From Candidatus Sumerlaeota bacterium (GTDB lineage Bacteria > Bacillota > SLNR01), in NCBI GenBank assembly GCA_040766585.1, contig JAXGQE010000002.1, positions 70,090 through 134,089 on the forward strand: 64,000 nt of DNA, read 5' to 3'. Made by a program: the position numbers and the translations under genes. Each line of letters starts with the position of its first letter. Within the stretch, counting starts at the first letter, position 1. The notes beneath the pieces are model-generated. The model was not told the DNA's origin. It searched no databases and worked only from the letters and a program-made list of their open reading frames with translations. This document shows positions 49,949-59,564 of this stretch, piece after piece.

Positions 49949-50875
49949 TTACCGTTCCTGTGATTGCTGACGCTTCCGCGACCAGCCTTCCAGCAGCTTG
50001 ATGATGGTTTCCTCCATCTGCTGGGGTGTATAGGATTTTGGAAAATACTTTTTAAGCTTCTCACCGGTGAGCGTCACCTTGTCCAGTTCACCTTTTTTGT
50101 CTTCAGACATAATGGCGGTCATAACATCAAAGGTCAGCTTGCCATCCTGACTATATTTCTTTAGGCGCTGAGCCTGCGACAGGGAAGGTGTAGCCTGCTC
50201 CATGTCCATGGCTTCCATCAGCTGGACCTGTTCATGAGGCATGAGGTAAGAAAGCTCAACAGCCGGATTGAAGGCGATCTTTTTAGCATCAACCATATCG
50301 AGCAGCTCAGGGACGAGCTCTGTGAGGCGGATAAAGCGTTGAACTTGAACAGAACTTTCTCCAGCTTCCTTTGCTACAACATCCCTAGCTTTTAACTTGT
50401 GTTCAACTTGGTCAGAAGTTAAATCGTTCCTCCGTCCTTGGTGCTTTATCGCCTCCAGTTTGAGTTTATAGGCGAAGGCGCGTTCACTAGGCAGGATGTT
50501 CTCACGCTGAATATTGCTGTCAACCATGATGATGGTGGCAGCGTCATCGTCGAGATTGCGGACGATGCAAGGAAGAGTCTCCTTACCGGCCAGCTCACTG
50601 GCACGCTTGCGCCGGTGTCCGGAGATCAACTCATATCCACCTTCTTCACGGGGACGGGCAATGACCGGCACCAGGACGCCGTGTTTGGTGATGCTCTCGG
50701 CGGTTTCCAGCATTGATTCGTCATCTGTCACCTTGAAGGGGTGATTCTTGAATGGATGAAGCTGTGTAAGAGGAATGTCGATGACCTTTTCCTGTGAGCC
50801 TTCGATCCTTGTTTCTTCAGTCTGAAAGATCTCATCGTAAGAGGTCAGATTTAGATTTCTGCCGCTGGGTTTCAA
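49949..50875 (-). CDS. parB: ParB/Spo0J-family partition protein
   Basis: ParB N-terminal box ...LISGHRRKRASELAGKETLPCIVRNLDDD...; HTH region follows. Confidence 0.85.
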   Translation of the reverse strand: MKPSGRNLNLTSYDEIFQTEETRIEGSQEKVIDIPLTQLHPFKNHPFKVTDDESMLETAESITKHGVLVPVIARPREEGGYELISGHRRKRASELAGKETLPCIVRNLDDDAATIIMVDSNIQRENILPSERAFAYKLKLEAIKHQGRRNDLTSDQVEHKLKARDVVAKEAGESSVQVQRFIRLTELVPELLDMVDAKKIAFNPAVELSYLMPHEQVQLMEAMDMEQATPSLSQAQRLKKYSQDGKLTFDVMTAIMSEDKKGELDKVTLTGEKLKKYFPKSYTPQQMEETIIKLLEGWSRKRQQSQER

Positions 50876-51653
50876 GCTTCATCACCTCCTTCGTCAGATT
50901 TCTGTAGGCTTCTGCTACTTTACCCTTGGGATCATGGGCAAAGATGCTTTTTCCATAGGAAGCAGTTTCTGCCGCCCTCACGGAGTGGGGGATGGACGAG
51001 TCGAACACCTTCAGCTTGGTTCCATAGGTTTCCCGCAAAACAGTACTGATTTCCCTGGCATCATTGGTCCGGTTATCCACCATAGTCAGCAGGATGCCGT
51101 CGATTTTCAGCTTGGGATTGATTTGCTTGCGGACTTTGTTGATGGTTTGAAGCAGCTGCTCCAGACCTTTAGCGGACAAATACTGGGCTTGGACTGGAAT
51201 TAGGACACTGTCTGCCGCAGCCAGAGTATTGACTGTCAGCATGCCAAGGGAAGGCATGCAGTCAAGCAGGATGTAGTCATAACGGGGTTTGACTTCATCA
51301 AGATACTGTTTCAGGATCTTTTCCCGGCTCATCACATTGACCAGCGATACCTCAAGTCCAGACAGCTCAATGTTAGCGGGCATCAGATCAACACCTTCAG
51401 AATGATGCAAAATGCCTTCCTTTGGAGAAAGCACGGTGTCATTCATAGTCTTTCCTAAGACAGAGGAGAGTGTAACTTGCAATTGATCCGGTTGAGGGTG
51501 CCCCAAGCTGATCGTCATGCTGCCCTGAGGATCGCAATCCACAAGCAAAACCTTCTTACCTTCAGTGGCCAATCCGATGCCTAGATTGGTGCAGGTGGTG
51601 GTCTTGCCGACTCCACCCTTCTGATTGGCGATGGCGATCACATTGCATGGCAA
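50832..51653 (-). CDS. parA: ParA/Soj-family partition ATPase
   Basis: Deviant Walker A IAIANQKGGVGKTTT; ...LLVDCDPQGS... Confidence 0.9.
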   Translation of the reverse strand: MPCNVIAIANQKGGVGKTTTCTNLGIGLATEGKKVLLVDCDPQGSMTISLGHPQPDQLQVTLSSVLGKTMNDTVLSPKEGILHHSEGVDLMPANIELSGLEVSLVNVMSREKILKQYLDEVKPRYDYILLDCMPSLGMLTVNTLAAADSVLIPVQAQYLSAKGLEQLLQTINKVRKQINPKLKIDGILLTMVDNRTNDAREISTVLRETYGTKLKVFDSSIPHSVRAAETASYGKSIFAHDPKGKVAEAYRNLTKEVMKLETQRQKSKSDLLR

Positions 51654-51979
51654 GGGAGATCACCTCCGACCCGATTCAGAATTCCTGTAAGGAATGAGCT
51701 CAAGAAGCAGCTGTAGATAATACTGGGCCTCTGCACCATGACAATTCGGCAGTCGATTTCTCCAGGCATCTGGCTACCCATGATCTCATACATCATTCCG
51801 AGAAAAACAGCGAATTGCTCATCATTGGTGATGGAATGCATATAGAACAGGGTATCGACGAACTCGCCCAGGCTATCCAAATCATCAAAGGATACGGATA
51901 CAACCTCGGCAAAGACTTCGCCTTGCTCCTCGGCCAATTGGCAGACTTGCTTGTAACGTTGATTAAAGGTTTCTTTCAT
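51638..51979 (-). CDS. Hypothetical protein (113 aa) translationally coupled to parA
   Basis: Overlaps parA start by 16 nt; acidic, no recognisable motif. Confidence 0.4.
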   Translation of the reverse strand: MKETFNQRYKQVCQLAEEQGEVFAEVVSVSFDDLDSLGEFVDTLFYMHSITNDEQFAVFLGMMYEIMGSQMPGEIDCRIVMVQRPSIIYSCFLSSFLTGILNRVGGDLPCHAM

Positions 51980-52129
51980 GGCGACCTCCTTGAATTTTTC
52001 GAAATAAAAAACACCTTCGCGAGGAAGGTGTTTAGATCAAATGTAGTGATACTATTATTCTTATATTCGGATGCCGGAACAATATCTGGATATCAACCGC
52101 ACTTGATTTTGTCATTTAAATGATTCCTT

Positions 52130-52543
52130 CTATCTACTCCTGACAATGATTATCCCAATGCCGTTGATCATTATAAATGCGAAGAGAGTAAGCAACGCAG
52201 CATCTACAGGAATCACCTCAATTCTCATAATCTTAAGGGCCAAAATCGTGCCGGCCAGGATGAATTGAAGAACATACAACATGATCATGGAGTATCTTTG
52301 CATCATATAAACTGTCCGTTCATCATATGACGCTGCTTTGCCGTTCCTATTTTCATTGCTTCTATACTTACTGACCAATTGAGAAGTCAGGGCAGCAGCA
52401 CCGACACCGATCAACAGAGGAACTACAAAAACTAAAATAGCCTGTTTACTCAGATCTTCATTAAGATAAACGGCCAATACTCCTCCTGCTGCCGTTGCCA
52501 AGAAGATTACGATCCACAATAAAATGGAATATTTTCTACTCAT
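52130..52543 (-). CDS. Small membrane protein (4 TM), partner of the XRE regulator
   Basis: Hydrophobic helices ILLWIVIFLATAAGGVLAVYL, ILVFVVPLLIGVGAAAL, MIMLYVLQFILAGTILAL, LLTLFAFIMINGIGIIIV; 4-nt overlap with the upstream XRE gene. Confidence 0.55.
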   Translation of the reverse strand: MSRKYSILLWIVIFLATAAGGVLAVYLNEDLSKQAILVFVVPLLIGVGAAALTSQLVSKYRSNENRNGKAASYDERTVYMMQRYSMIMLYVLQFILAGTILALKIMRIEVIPVDAALLTLFAFIMINGIGIIIVRSR

Positions 52544-52758
52544 TCTGCATCACCTTTCTCCAGATAAAATATTGATTCGATTGGAAGCTGAAAGTATTCA
52601 ATGATTTTCAGAGTCAACTCAAGACTGGGATTATACCGCTCCTTTTCAATGGCATTTATTGTCTGTCGGGTCACGTTAAGATCTTCAGCCATTTTGACCT
52701 GGCTGATTTTCCGTTCGAGTCGTATTTCTTGTATTCTGTTTCGAACTACCAAAGTCAA
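52540..52758 (-). CDS. XRE-family (Cro/CI-type) HTH transcriptional regulator
   Basis: IRLERKISQVKMAEDLNVTRQTINAIEKERYNPSLELTLKI: canonical HTH_3. Confidence 0.85.
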   Translation of the reverse strand: MTLVVRNRIQEIRLERKISQVKMAEDLNVTRQTINAIEKERYNPSLELTLKIIEYFQLPIESIFYLEKGDAE

Positions 52759-52840
52759 CTCGCCTCCATTAGTGTAAAGATATCTTTACATTAATAATAA
52801 CGGTGGAAATAAAAACTGTCAAGAAGATTTTACACCTTGA

Positions 52841-54490
52841 TGTAGTTATTCTGTGATAATGTCATGTTGAATTTATTCTGATAAAATGTCACCTATGAGA
52901 AGGGAGATATTCAACATGACTCTACAAGAAGTCGAAAAACTTCGGGTCATTAACCAAACGATTGATAAAGTAATTACCATCAAAACAGCGGCTGAGATGT
53001 TGGGCCTCAGTGAACGACAAGTGCTCCGTTTAAAAGGAGGGTTTTGAACCACGGACCGTCGTTTCTCATCCATAAAAATCGAGGTCGAGCACCCGCACAC
53101 GCTGTTTCTGATCCGCTTTGCACACACATAGTCTCTCTCAAACAGACTAAGTATCCATCGGCCAATTTTGCTCATTTCCACGAGCTTTTAGCGGAGATGG
53201 AAGGGATCCATGTGAGTTATCCCACCGTTTACCCGCACGCTGACTCAGGCGGGGATTAAAAGCCCCAAAATTCATCGCCAGAAAAAGGCACACCATCGTC
53301 GAAAAGACAGAGCCAGGCAGGCATTCTGGTTCAAATGGATGCTTCCTTTTTGCCTCCGGATTCCCAATGAAAAGCCCATCACATTGCATGGGGCAATTGA
53401 TGATGCCACTGGACCATCTTGGGGCTGCATTTTCGGAAAATGAGTGTCTGCATGGCTACTTTCAGGTGATGAATCAACTTCTCAAAGAATATGGCCGTCC
53501 GGCGAAATTGTACTGTGACCGCCACACCCATCTTCTTTTCTCCGAAGGATACGGCTGTCTCGCTAGAAGATCAGCTTCAAGGAGTCACTGAGCCTTTGAC
53601 CCAATTCGGACGGGCCATGCAAGAGCTTGGCATTCAGATGATCAAAGCCCGCTCCCCTCAAGCCAAGGGCCGTATCGAACGGCTCTTGGAACACCCTGCA
53701 AAGTCGATTGCCGGTGATGTTTTGAACTCAGTGGCATTACTTCCCTGGAACAAGCCAATGCCTTCTTACCGGAAATGATCCGCCATTTTAACCTTCGATT
53801 TGCGGTGGTTCCGCAAGACTCGCTCCCGGCTTTTCGCCCGGTGGATTCTTCTTGTGATCTCACTACGGTGCTTTGTATCAAACATACCCGTACTCTCATC
53901 GACCAGGGCGCTTTTTCGTACCAGGGTCTGTATTATCAGTTAATGCAGCACCATAAACCCGTTCAAGCCATGCCGAAGGCCAAAGTGACCGTCTTGGATC
54001 ATCCGCTTCAAGGGAATCCGCTGCATCTACAAAGATGCGCTTTTCCAGACCGCCATTCTGGATCAAAGGCCTAAGAAAATGGATCTGGTTGAAAAATCAA
54101 CCGCCCTGAAAATGGGGTCCCCTCCATCGGCCGATCATCCTGGCGAAAAAGTGCTAAAAACCCTGTCCCCCTTTTATGGCTTCATGAGAGATGCTGAAAT
54201 GCTCGCCATGTTGGATGATCTGTTTAGCTCCGTCCGTCCATGGGCATAGAGGATATGCTTCAGACTGTCAAGGGCGAGCGGTCTTATTCGCTTGTGTACC
54301 CTTGACAGTCCCCTGTGATTGTCCATCCTGTTTTTAGGTGCCTGTCCCATCAGGCACCTGCCTTCCGGCCAGGACAGGGGGTGGGGACAGCGTCCCCACA
54401 AATTCTTCAATCTTTTCTTGACTTATTCAAGGTGACATTTTCTCAGAATAATCTCGTCTCTTTTAGGTGACATTATCTCAGACTATTGAC
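52841..54490 (+). mobile_element. Degenerate ISNCY-family (IS1202-group-like) insertion sequence with imperfect ~25-bp terminal inverted repeats and ~20-bp flanking direct repeat
   Basis: Left end TGTAGTTATTCTGTGATAATGTCA vs reverse complement of right end TGTCAATAGTCTGAGATAATGTCA. Flanking direct repeats AGAAGATTTTACACCTTGAT at 52823-52842 and 54493-54512. Internal transposase is broken into at least 4 frames. Confidence 0.6.
52917..54074 (+). pseudogene. ISNCY-family DDE transposase, multiply frameshifted
   Basis: Fragments: MTLQEVEKLRVINQTIDKVITIKTAAEMLGLSERQVLRLKGGF* (HTH); NHGPSFLIHKNRGRAPAHAVSD...; ...ARSPQAKGRIERL... (rve core). LPEMIRHFNLRFAVVPQ... resembles ...LPxFIxxYNxKFAV... of ISNCY transposases. 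Confidence 0.6.
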
Positions 54491-54650
54491 AGAAGATTTT
54501 ACACCTTGATTCGCTGAGGGGAGTTTGGCTTTAAAGAGAAACCGCCACGTTAGTGACGGTCTTGCTGCGGGATCATCTCGCAGTCATAGTAATAGATTTT
54601 GTTGGGAACTAGAGCTGCCTTTCATTCTCATGACTCAAAATGGATTCAGA

Positions 54651-55226
54651 TTATCCTTTGCTCTTGAAAATCTTCTTGATTTGTTCTTCTCCATATTTTG
54701 AAGGAATGCGTGCCTTCATAAATTCCGGACCAGATAAAAATTCTAGAAGCCACTCCTTGGGTACTAAGTAGCGATTTCCCATATCCAAGTGTTTAATAGC
54801 GCCCTTATTAATCCATTTCAGTAGGGTAGTGGTTGAATACCCAGTAAGGCTGGATAACTGATTGACACTAAGAACATTGGGATACTTGGATAGCTTTTTT
54901 AGATAATGAGCGCTGATTTTCCGGATATTTTCAAGAGTCATCAAGAGATCTTCCTCATCAGGTTTACCATAGGTTTTGTACCATCCCGATGGGGCAACAT
55001 ATCGTCCGGGATCTTTTTCCCTTAATTCCAAATACTCGATGACGTCCTCCAACTTGATTTTGTATTTCCTTGTTTTCTTCCCGCTGTTCACACAGGGGAC
55101 CAGTCCGTTGTCCAACAAATGGGCAGCGGTTTTTTTGCTGATATTGCAGATTCTGTAAAACTGATCCTTAGTTATAACGGACGGATAAAGCTTATAGAGA
55201 AGCTGATATTTGCTATTTTTCTTCAT
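54651..55226 (-). CDS. Tandem HTH (excisionase/MerR-like HTH_17) DNA-binding protein
   Basis: Start MKKNSKYQLLYKLY (RBS AGGAAGGGTG). Two helix-turn-helix segments (ICNISKKTAAHLLDNGLVP; LSSLTGYSTTTLLKWINKGAIKHL). Confidence 0.5.
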   Translation of the reverse strand: MKKNSKYQLLYKLYPSVITKDQFYRICNISKKTAAHLLDNGLVPCVNSGKKTRKYKIKLEDVIEYLELREKDPGRYVAPSGWYKTYGKPDEEDLLMTLENIRKISAHYLKKLSKYPNVLSVNQLSSLTGYSTTTLLKWINKGAIKHLDMGNRYLVPKEWLLEFLSGPEFMKARIPSKYGEEQIKKIFKSKG

Positions 55227-55877
55227 GGATTTCACCCTTCCTTTTTTGACTGTCAACGGCAGGTGAAGCCCATTTTTTCGAGAAATGGCTTAAAATGGTG
55301 CCTAATTCTCTCCTAAAAAAATATTGCATCCGTAGAAATGATTTATTTTCAAGCGATTCAGTTCTTATTAGTTCTCTCCTGAATTCTCTCTTTTCTGCAA
55401 AAAAACCATCTTTTTGACCCAAAACAGAGCAAATCCGGGACCCATTCGAACTCATGGGTTTTAAGGCTTTTTGAAAATTTTTTCATCCAGGACCCTTGAT
55501 AATACTGCGTTTGTAGGTTCCTATATCTTCCACTATAGTCTTCTAAAGGTAAGTATCTTATGAATGGAAGGAACGTACTCGGTAACGCTCATGCTTGGTT
55601 ATGGAAAACATACATGGTGAAATCTCTATCAAGAAAACTACAGCCGTCCAGGCTGTTTTTTTTTGCGGGTACATAGTAATAAAAGGATGGGATAGCGGAG
55701 AGTACTCTGTCCTATCCGACTTGGACTATGGGTTAATGGAAGTCTGAAAGACCAGATCTTTGAATAACGAACAGCAAAAGTTCATAAAGTGCATCATCTT
55801 TCGCTGTCATCCCGAATCTTTCGTAAGCAAATCCAAGAAGATATCCAGAAATGCTTGACAAAGAGACGATCTAAGAT

Positions 55878-55915
55878 TATTATATAACTTAAGTAATATA
55901 ACTTAAGTTATATAA
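55878..55915. promoter_or_regulatory. Perfect inverted repeat, candidate TetR operator overlapping the tetR promoter
   Basis: TTATATAACTTAAGT-aatata-ACTTAAGTTATATAA, 20 nt upstream of the tetR start. Confidence 0.55.
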
Positions 55916-55936
55916 TTAAGATAAAGGGTGATGCAG

Positions 55937-56515
55937 ATGCCTCCGAAAACCAAATTTGATCGGGATTCAATTGTAGATGCCGCTTTTGAAGTGGCTGAAG
56001 AGAAGGGTTTTGCCGGAATCACGGCACGAAATGTGGCCAACAAGCTTCATAGTTCGGTGGCACCCATTTATGTCAATTTTTCGACAGTGGATGAATTGGT
56101 AGAAGCTGTGGTGCAGAGAGTTTTTTCTATTTCGCAAGAAATGCTTGCTTCTCAGGACGGGAAAAGCCCGTATGAAAATATGGGCAAGGCTAGTTTGGCT
56201 TTTGCTCGGAAGTATCCAGTTTTTTTCCGAGAATTGTCATTGCAGCCCAATCCATATATGGCTTCGTATGAAACCATAGAAAATGCCATGATCGAAGCTT
56301 TGGCTGACGATGAGTCCCTGCAGGGATGGAATCTGAAGGATCGCAGAAGGTTGTTTCTTAAAATGCGGATCTTTCAAATTGGACTGTCCGTTCTTGTCGC
56401 CAATGACCAAGTACCTTCTTGGCTGGATGACCCTGATGTTGAGCGCTTGCTTTTTGAAGTGGGCGATGAATTGGTGAAAGCCCAGGAGATAAAAAGGAAG
56501 GAGAATTCAGAGTGA
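55937..56515 (+). CDS. TetR/AcrR-family transcriptional regulator
   Basis: N-terminal HTH ...SIVDAAFEVAEEKGFAGITARNVANKLHSSVAPIYVNFSTVDEL... Confidence 0.8.
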   Translation: MPPKTKFDRDSIVDAAFEVAEEKGFAGITARNVANKLHSSVAPIYVNFSTVDELVEAVVQRVFSISQEMLASQDGKSPYENMGKASLAFARKYPVFFRELSLQPNPYMASYETIENAMIEALADDESLQGWNLKDRRRLFLKMRIFQIGLSVLVANDQVPSWLDDPDVERLLFEVGDELVKAQEIKRKENSE

Positions 56516-58011
56516 ACAAAATAGCAATAATTGGTGGAGGAGTCGCTGGATTAAGTTCGGGGATATTTGCCCAGATGAATGGTTTCAGCAGCACGATTCT
56601 AGAGAAAAATGAATCATTGGGAGGAGAATGTACGGGGTGGGATCGCCAGGGGTATCATATCGATGGCTGCATTCATTGGTTAGTGGGAACCAAGGAAGGA
56701 ACGCCCATCCGGCAATTGTGGGATACTGTGGGCGCTCTTGATGGAGTTGACATCTATGAGCCTGAAAGTTTCTTAACGGTTGAGCACAATGGTGTTGCCG
56801 TGCACTTCTATCGTGATTTGGATAGACTGAAATCAAGCTGGAAAGATATTTCACCCGAAGATACCGACGTTATCGAGGAATTTTGCCAAGATATTAAGCA
56901 AATGCAATCCTTTTCACTGCCCGTTGGGAAACCGATGGATATGATGACCATCATGGATAAGCTCAAGTATGTCCTCTCCATGAAAGATGCGGGTCAGATT
57001 ATGCAAAAATATGGGAAGATGAGCATTGAGAAACTCTCTCAAAAGTTCAAACATCCCGCTCTGAGAAAAGCCATCGGATCATTTATGCCCGAAGGAGAGT
57101 ACAGTGCTTCTTCCATAATTTTTCCTCTCGGGACTTTTACTGGAGGTCAGTCTTCCATTCCCTACGGGGGTTCGAGGGCATTGGCTATGCGGATGATGGA
57201 CAGATATCTGGCGCTGGGAGGAACCATAGAAAAGTCCTGCGAGGTAATCGATGTCGCAATCGATCGAGGTGAAGTGAAGCGATTATTGTGCCAAAACGGC
57301 AAATCTTTCGAAGCAGATTTCTATATTGCTGCGTGCGATGCTCAAGTTTTGTATGACAAATTGCTTAAGGGAAAGTATCCCGATCCAGAGTTTCAGAAAA
57401 GATACGAGAATCCGGAGATCTACCCGTTGGCCTCCAATATCTATATAGGAATTGGATTTGAGGGAACCATGGATGATATTCCCAGGACATTGAAATTTCC
57501 AGTCGAGTCACTGAATATTCGCCAAAATAAGGCGGAAATAGATCACTTGCAGATGACCCATTACGCATATGAGTCAGACTTTGCCCCACAGGGACATACG
57601 GCAATAACCATAGCTATCAATCAGTTTCAACCGGAGCTCAACGATTGGGAAGCGTTGAAAAAAGACACGGAGGCATACACCAGAGAGAAAACACGAATCG
57701 GTGAAGCCGTAATTCAAGCCATGGAAGCCCGATTTCCTGAGATGACTGGTAAGTTAAAACTGCTCGATGTGGCTACCCCCCAGACGTACGAACGCTACTG
57801 CAATGCCTACCGGGGCGCTTTTATGGGGTTTTGGCCCACCATTCCAGGAAAATCGCTGGTCCACTCCGGCAAGATAAAAGGAGTCAAGAATATCGTCTTA
57901 ACCGGACAGTGGCTGCAGCCCCCTGGCGGACTTCCTGTAGCGTTAGTAACCGGGAAAGATACCATTATGCGATTATGCAAAAAAACAAGAAGACCATTTC
58001 TGGGAGCATAG
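56512..58011 (+). CDS. FAD/NAD(P)-dependent oxidoreductase, phytoene-desaturase (CrtI)-like family
   Basis: GTG start overlapping tetR stop. Dinucleotide-binding motif KIAIIGGGVAGLSSGIFAQMNGFSSTILEKNESLGG. 499 aa. Confidence 0.7.
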   Translation: MNKIAIIGGGVAGLSSGIFAQMNGFSSTILEKNESLGGECTGWDRQGYHIDGCIHWLVGTKEGTPIRQLWDTVGALDGVDIYEPESFLTVEHNGVAVHFYRDLDRLKSSWKDISPEDTDVIEEFCQDIKQMQSFSLPVGKPMDMMTIMDKLKYVLSMKDAGQIMQKYGKMSIEKLSQKFKHPALRKAIGSFMPEGEYSASSIIFPLGTFTGGQSSIPYGGSRALAMRMMDRYLALGGTIEKSCEVIDVAIDRGEVKRLLCQNGKSFEADFYIAACDAQVLYDKLLKGKYPDPEFQKRYENPEIYPLASNIYIGIGFEGTMDDIPRTLKFPVESLNIRQNKAEIDHLQMTHYAYESDFAPQGHTAITIAINQFQPELNDWEALKKDTEAYTREKTRIGEAVIQAMEARFPEMTGKLKLLDVATPQTYERYCNAYRGAFMGFWPTIPGKSLVHSGKIKGVKNIVLTGQWLQPPGGLPVALVTGKDTIMRLCKKTRRPFLGA

Positions 58012-58303
58012 AATGTTTGCATTGAACCCGTTGAAATGATTGGGCAGTCGATCATACCGGCTGGATGGTTGGATGAGAAAACTCTCACAGTATCCATACA
58101 GATCAAACGGATCATATTCTTTTTCGATTGCATGAGACCATTCCCTGAGATTTTGAGTGAATGGTCTTCGAACTGATCGAGGATTGTTTGACTGATGGAA
58201 GAGGACGCTGCAAAAGTAAAATGAATGAAAGGAATCAAACCACAGTATGGGTTGATTCCTTTCAAAAGGTATGATTCGATTGAATTGGATGGGGGTTCGC
58301 TGA

Positions 58304-58930
58304 TTATCCTTTCAGAAAGTTGGATATTTTATGCTGGAGTTTGTCCACAAAGACCCCCACATGGTACCCATCGCAGACAGCATGATGCACTTGGATGGCC
58401 AAAGGAAGCAATGTTTCGTCAGCGGTGGCGGCGGCTTTTCCCATGGTGAAAATGGGCAGCATATGAGTTCCGCTTCCATAGATATTCAGATTGAAGGACG
58501 AAAAGGGAACCCAGGGCAGCATGGAAACATCGAACAGATTGTCCGGAGGATTTTCCTTGGGTAGGAAACACTCAGAGGAAGCATACTGTAGGACGTCCTT
58601 TTCGTAGTCTTGTAGAAATTGATGGTAATCGGGATGAAACTCAGTCCAGATCACAGAGAAATTTTCTTTTTCTTTGTTGAAGATCGTGTAGGATGGGTGC
58701 ATATGATCGTAGATCCCTACCCCCTCTTTGGTCAGGGCGGTTCTGAATTGAGGCATCTCATTGACGGTATCCGTCAGCAGCCAGAGCATGGCTGGATACA
58801 AGCGCTGTCCCTTCAAAGGATGAATATCCAGCGAAACGGTCAGAGAATAGGTGCAGACAACTTCCCGACTGTAATGGATAAAATATTCTGATCGGTCCCA
58901 GGTTTTGAGGTCCAACAGTGTCAATGCCAT
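58304..58930 (-). CDS. cat: Type A chloramphenicol O-acetyltransferase (CAT)
   Basis: 208 aa. ...DLKTWDRSEYFIHYS..., ...LPIFTMGKAAATADETLLPLAIQVHHAVCDGYHVGVFVDKLQ... contains the catalytic-His motif (HHAVCDGYH) and overall colinearity with catA-type enzymes. Confidence 0.8.
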   Translation of the reverse strand: MALTLLDLKTWDRSEYFIHYSREVVCTYSLTVSLDIHPLKGQRLYPAMLWLLTDTVNEMPQFRTALTKEGVGIYDHMHPSYTIFNKEKENFSVIWTEFHPDYHQFLQDYEKDVLQYASSECFLPKENPPDNLFDVSMLPWVPFSSFNLNIYGSGTHMLPIFTMGKAAATADETLLPLAIQVHHAVCDGYHVGVFVDKLQHKISNFLKG

Positions 58931-58997
58931 GGTGTCTCCTTTCTCTAAGTGCCAAAAACCGATGAACGCAATTAGTTACATCGATGATCTCAATTTC

Positions 58998-59219
58998 TCA
59001 TCTCTTTTTGCTATTTGCTTTTTCTCTTGCTTTTTTCAACATAGTTTTCCCGGCAATGCGCCCAGCCAGAAACACACCCAGACCAATACATACAATGGAT
59101 ATGATCTGAACAGTACCTTGAACCGAGGCAGAAATAAGCCCTGCACTTTGTGCCGCTATAGACAGGACATAAAGCAGACCTCCTGTGACTAGCACCGGTA
59201 GATAGAATCGGTCAAACAT
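58998..59219 (-). CDS. Small membrane protein (2 TM), hypothetical
   Basis: Helices YLPVLVTGGLLYVLSIAA and IISIVCIGLGVFLAGRIAG; basic C-terminus. Confidence 0.4.
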   Translation of the reverse strand: MFDRFYLPVLVTGGLLYVLSIAAQSAGLISASVQGTVQIISIVCIGLGVFLAGRIAGKTMLKKAREKANSKKR

Positions 59220-59564
59220 TGGACTCCTCCTTTGCTGTCATCGGTGGATCGGCGGCATACGCATTCCACAGACTCTGGCAATCAATATTATATCATATGG
59301 GCGGTTCCGGAATAAATAGACAAATGGTCAGGCGCGGCAGGTCCTGGGTAGACGGTATGACTTTTCTGGGAAAAGCTGCTTGAAGGAGCTCACTGAATAC
59401 ACGTGTGTATGACTTCCCGGATCTGGTTGTCAGAGGCAATTATCGATCAAATAAAGGAAAGCTGCCAGCAGGAGTTGTTCGTTGAGGATGTAATATAAAA
59501 AAGAGAACAGTGATTCGGACAATATAGAAATCCAAGGGAATCAGTAATGAAAGGAGGAGTCAAA

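Larger units (their letters stand above)
47330..59300. mobile_element. Plasmid-like integrated accessory island (lower GC): AbiE, RepA_N-like rep, ParAB, ISNCY remnant, Xis-like HTH, TetR/oxidoreductase, cat; boundaries approximate
   Basis: Clear compositional drop relative to flanking ABC-transporter operons. Plasmid maintenance/replication genes without chromosomal counterparts. No integrase or relaxase found. Confidence 0.45.
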
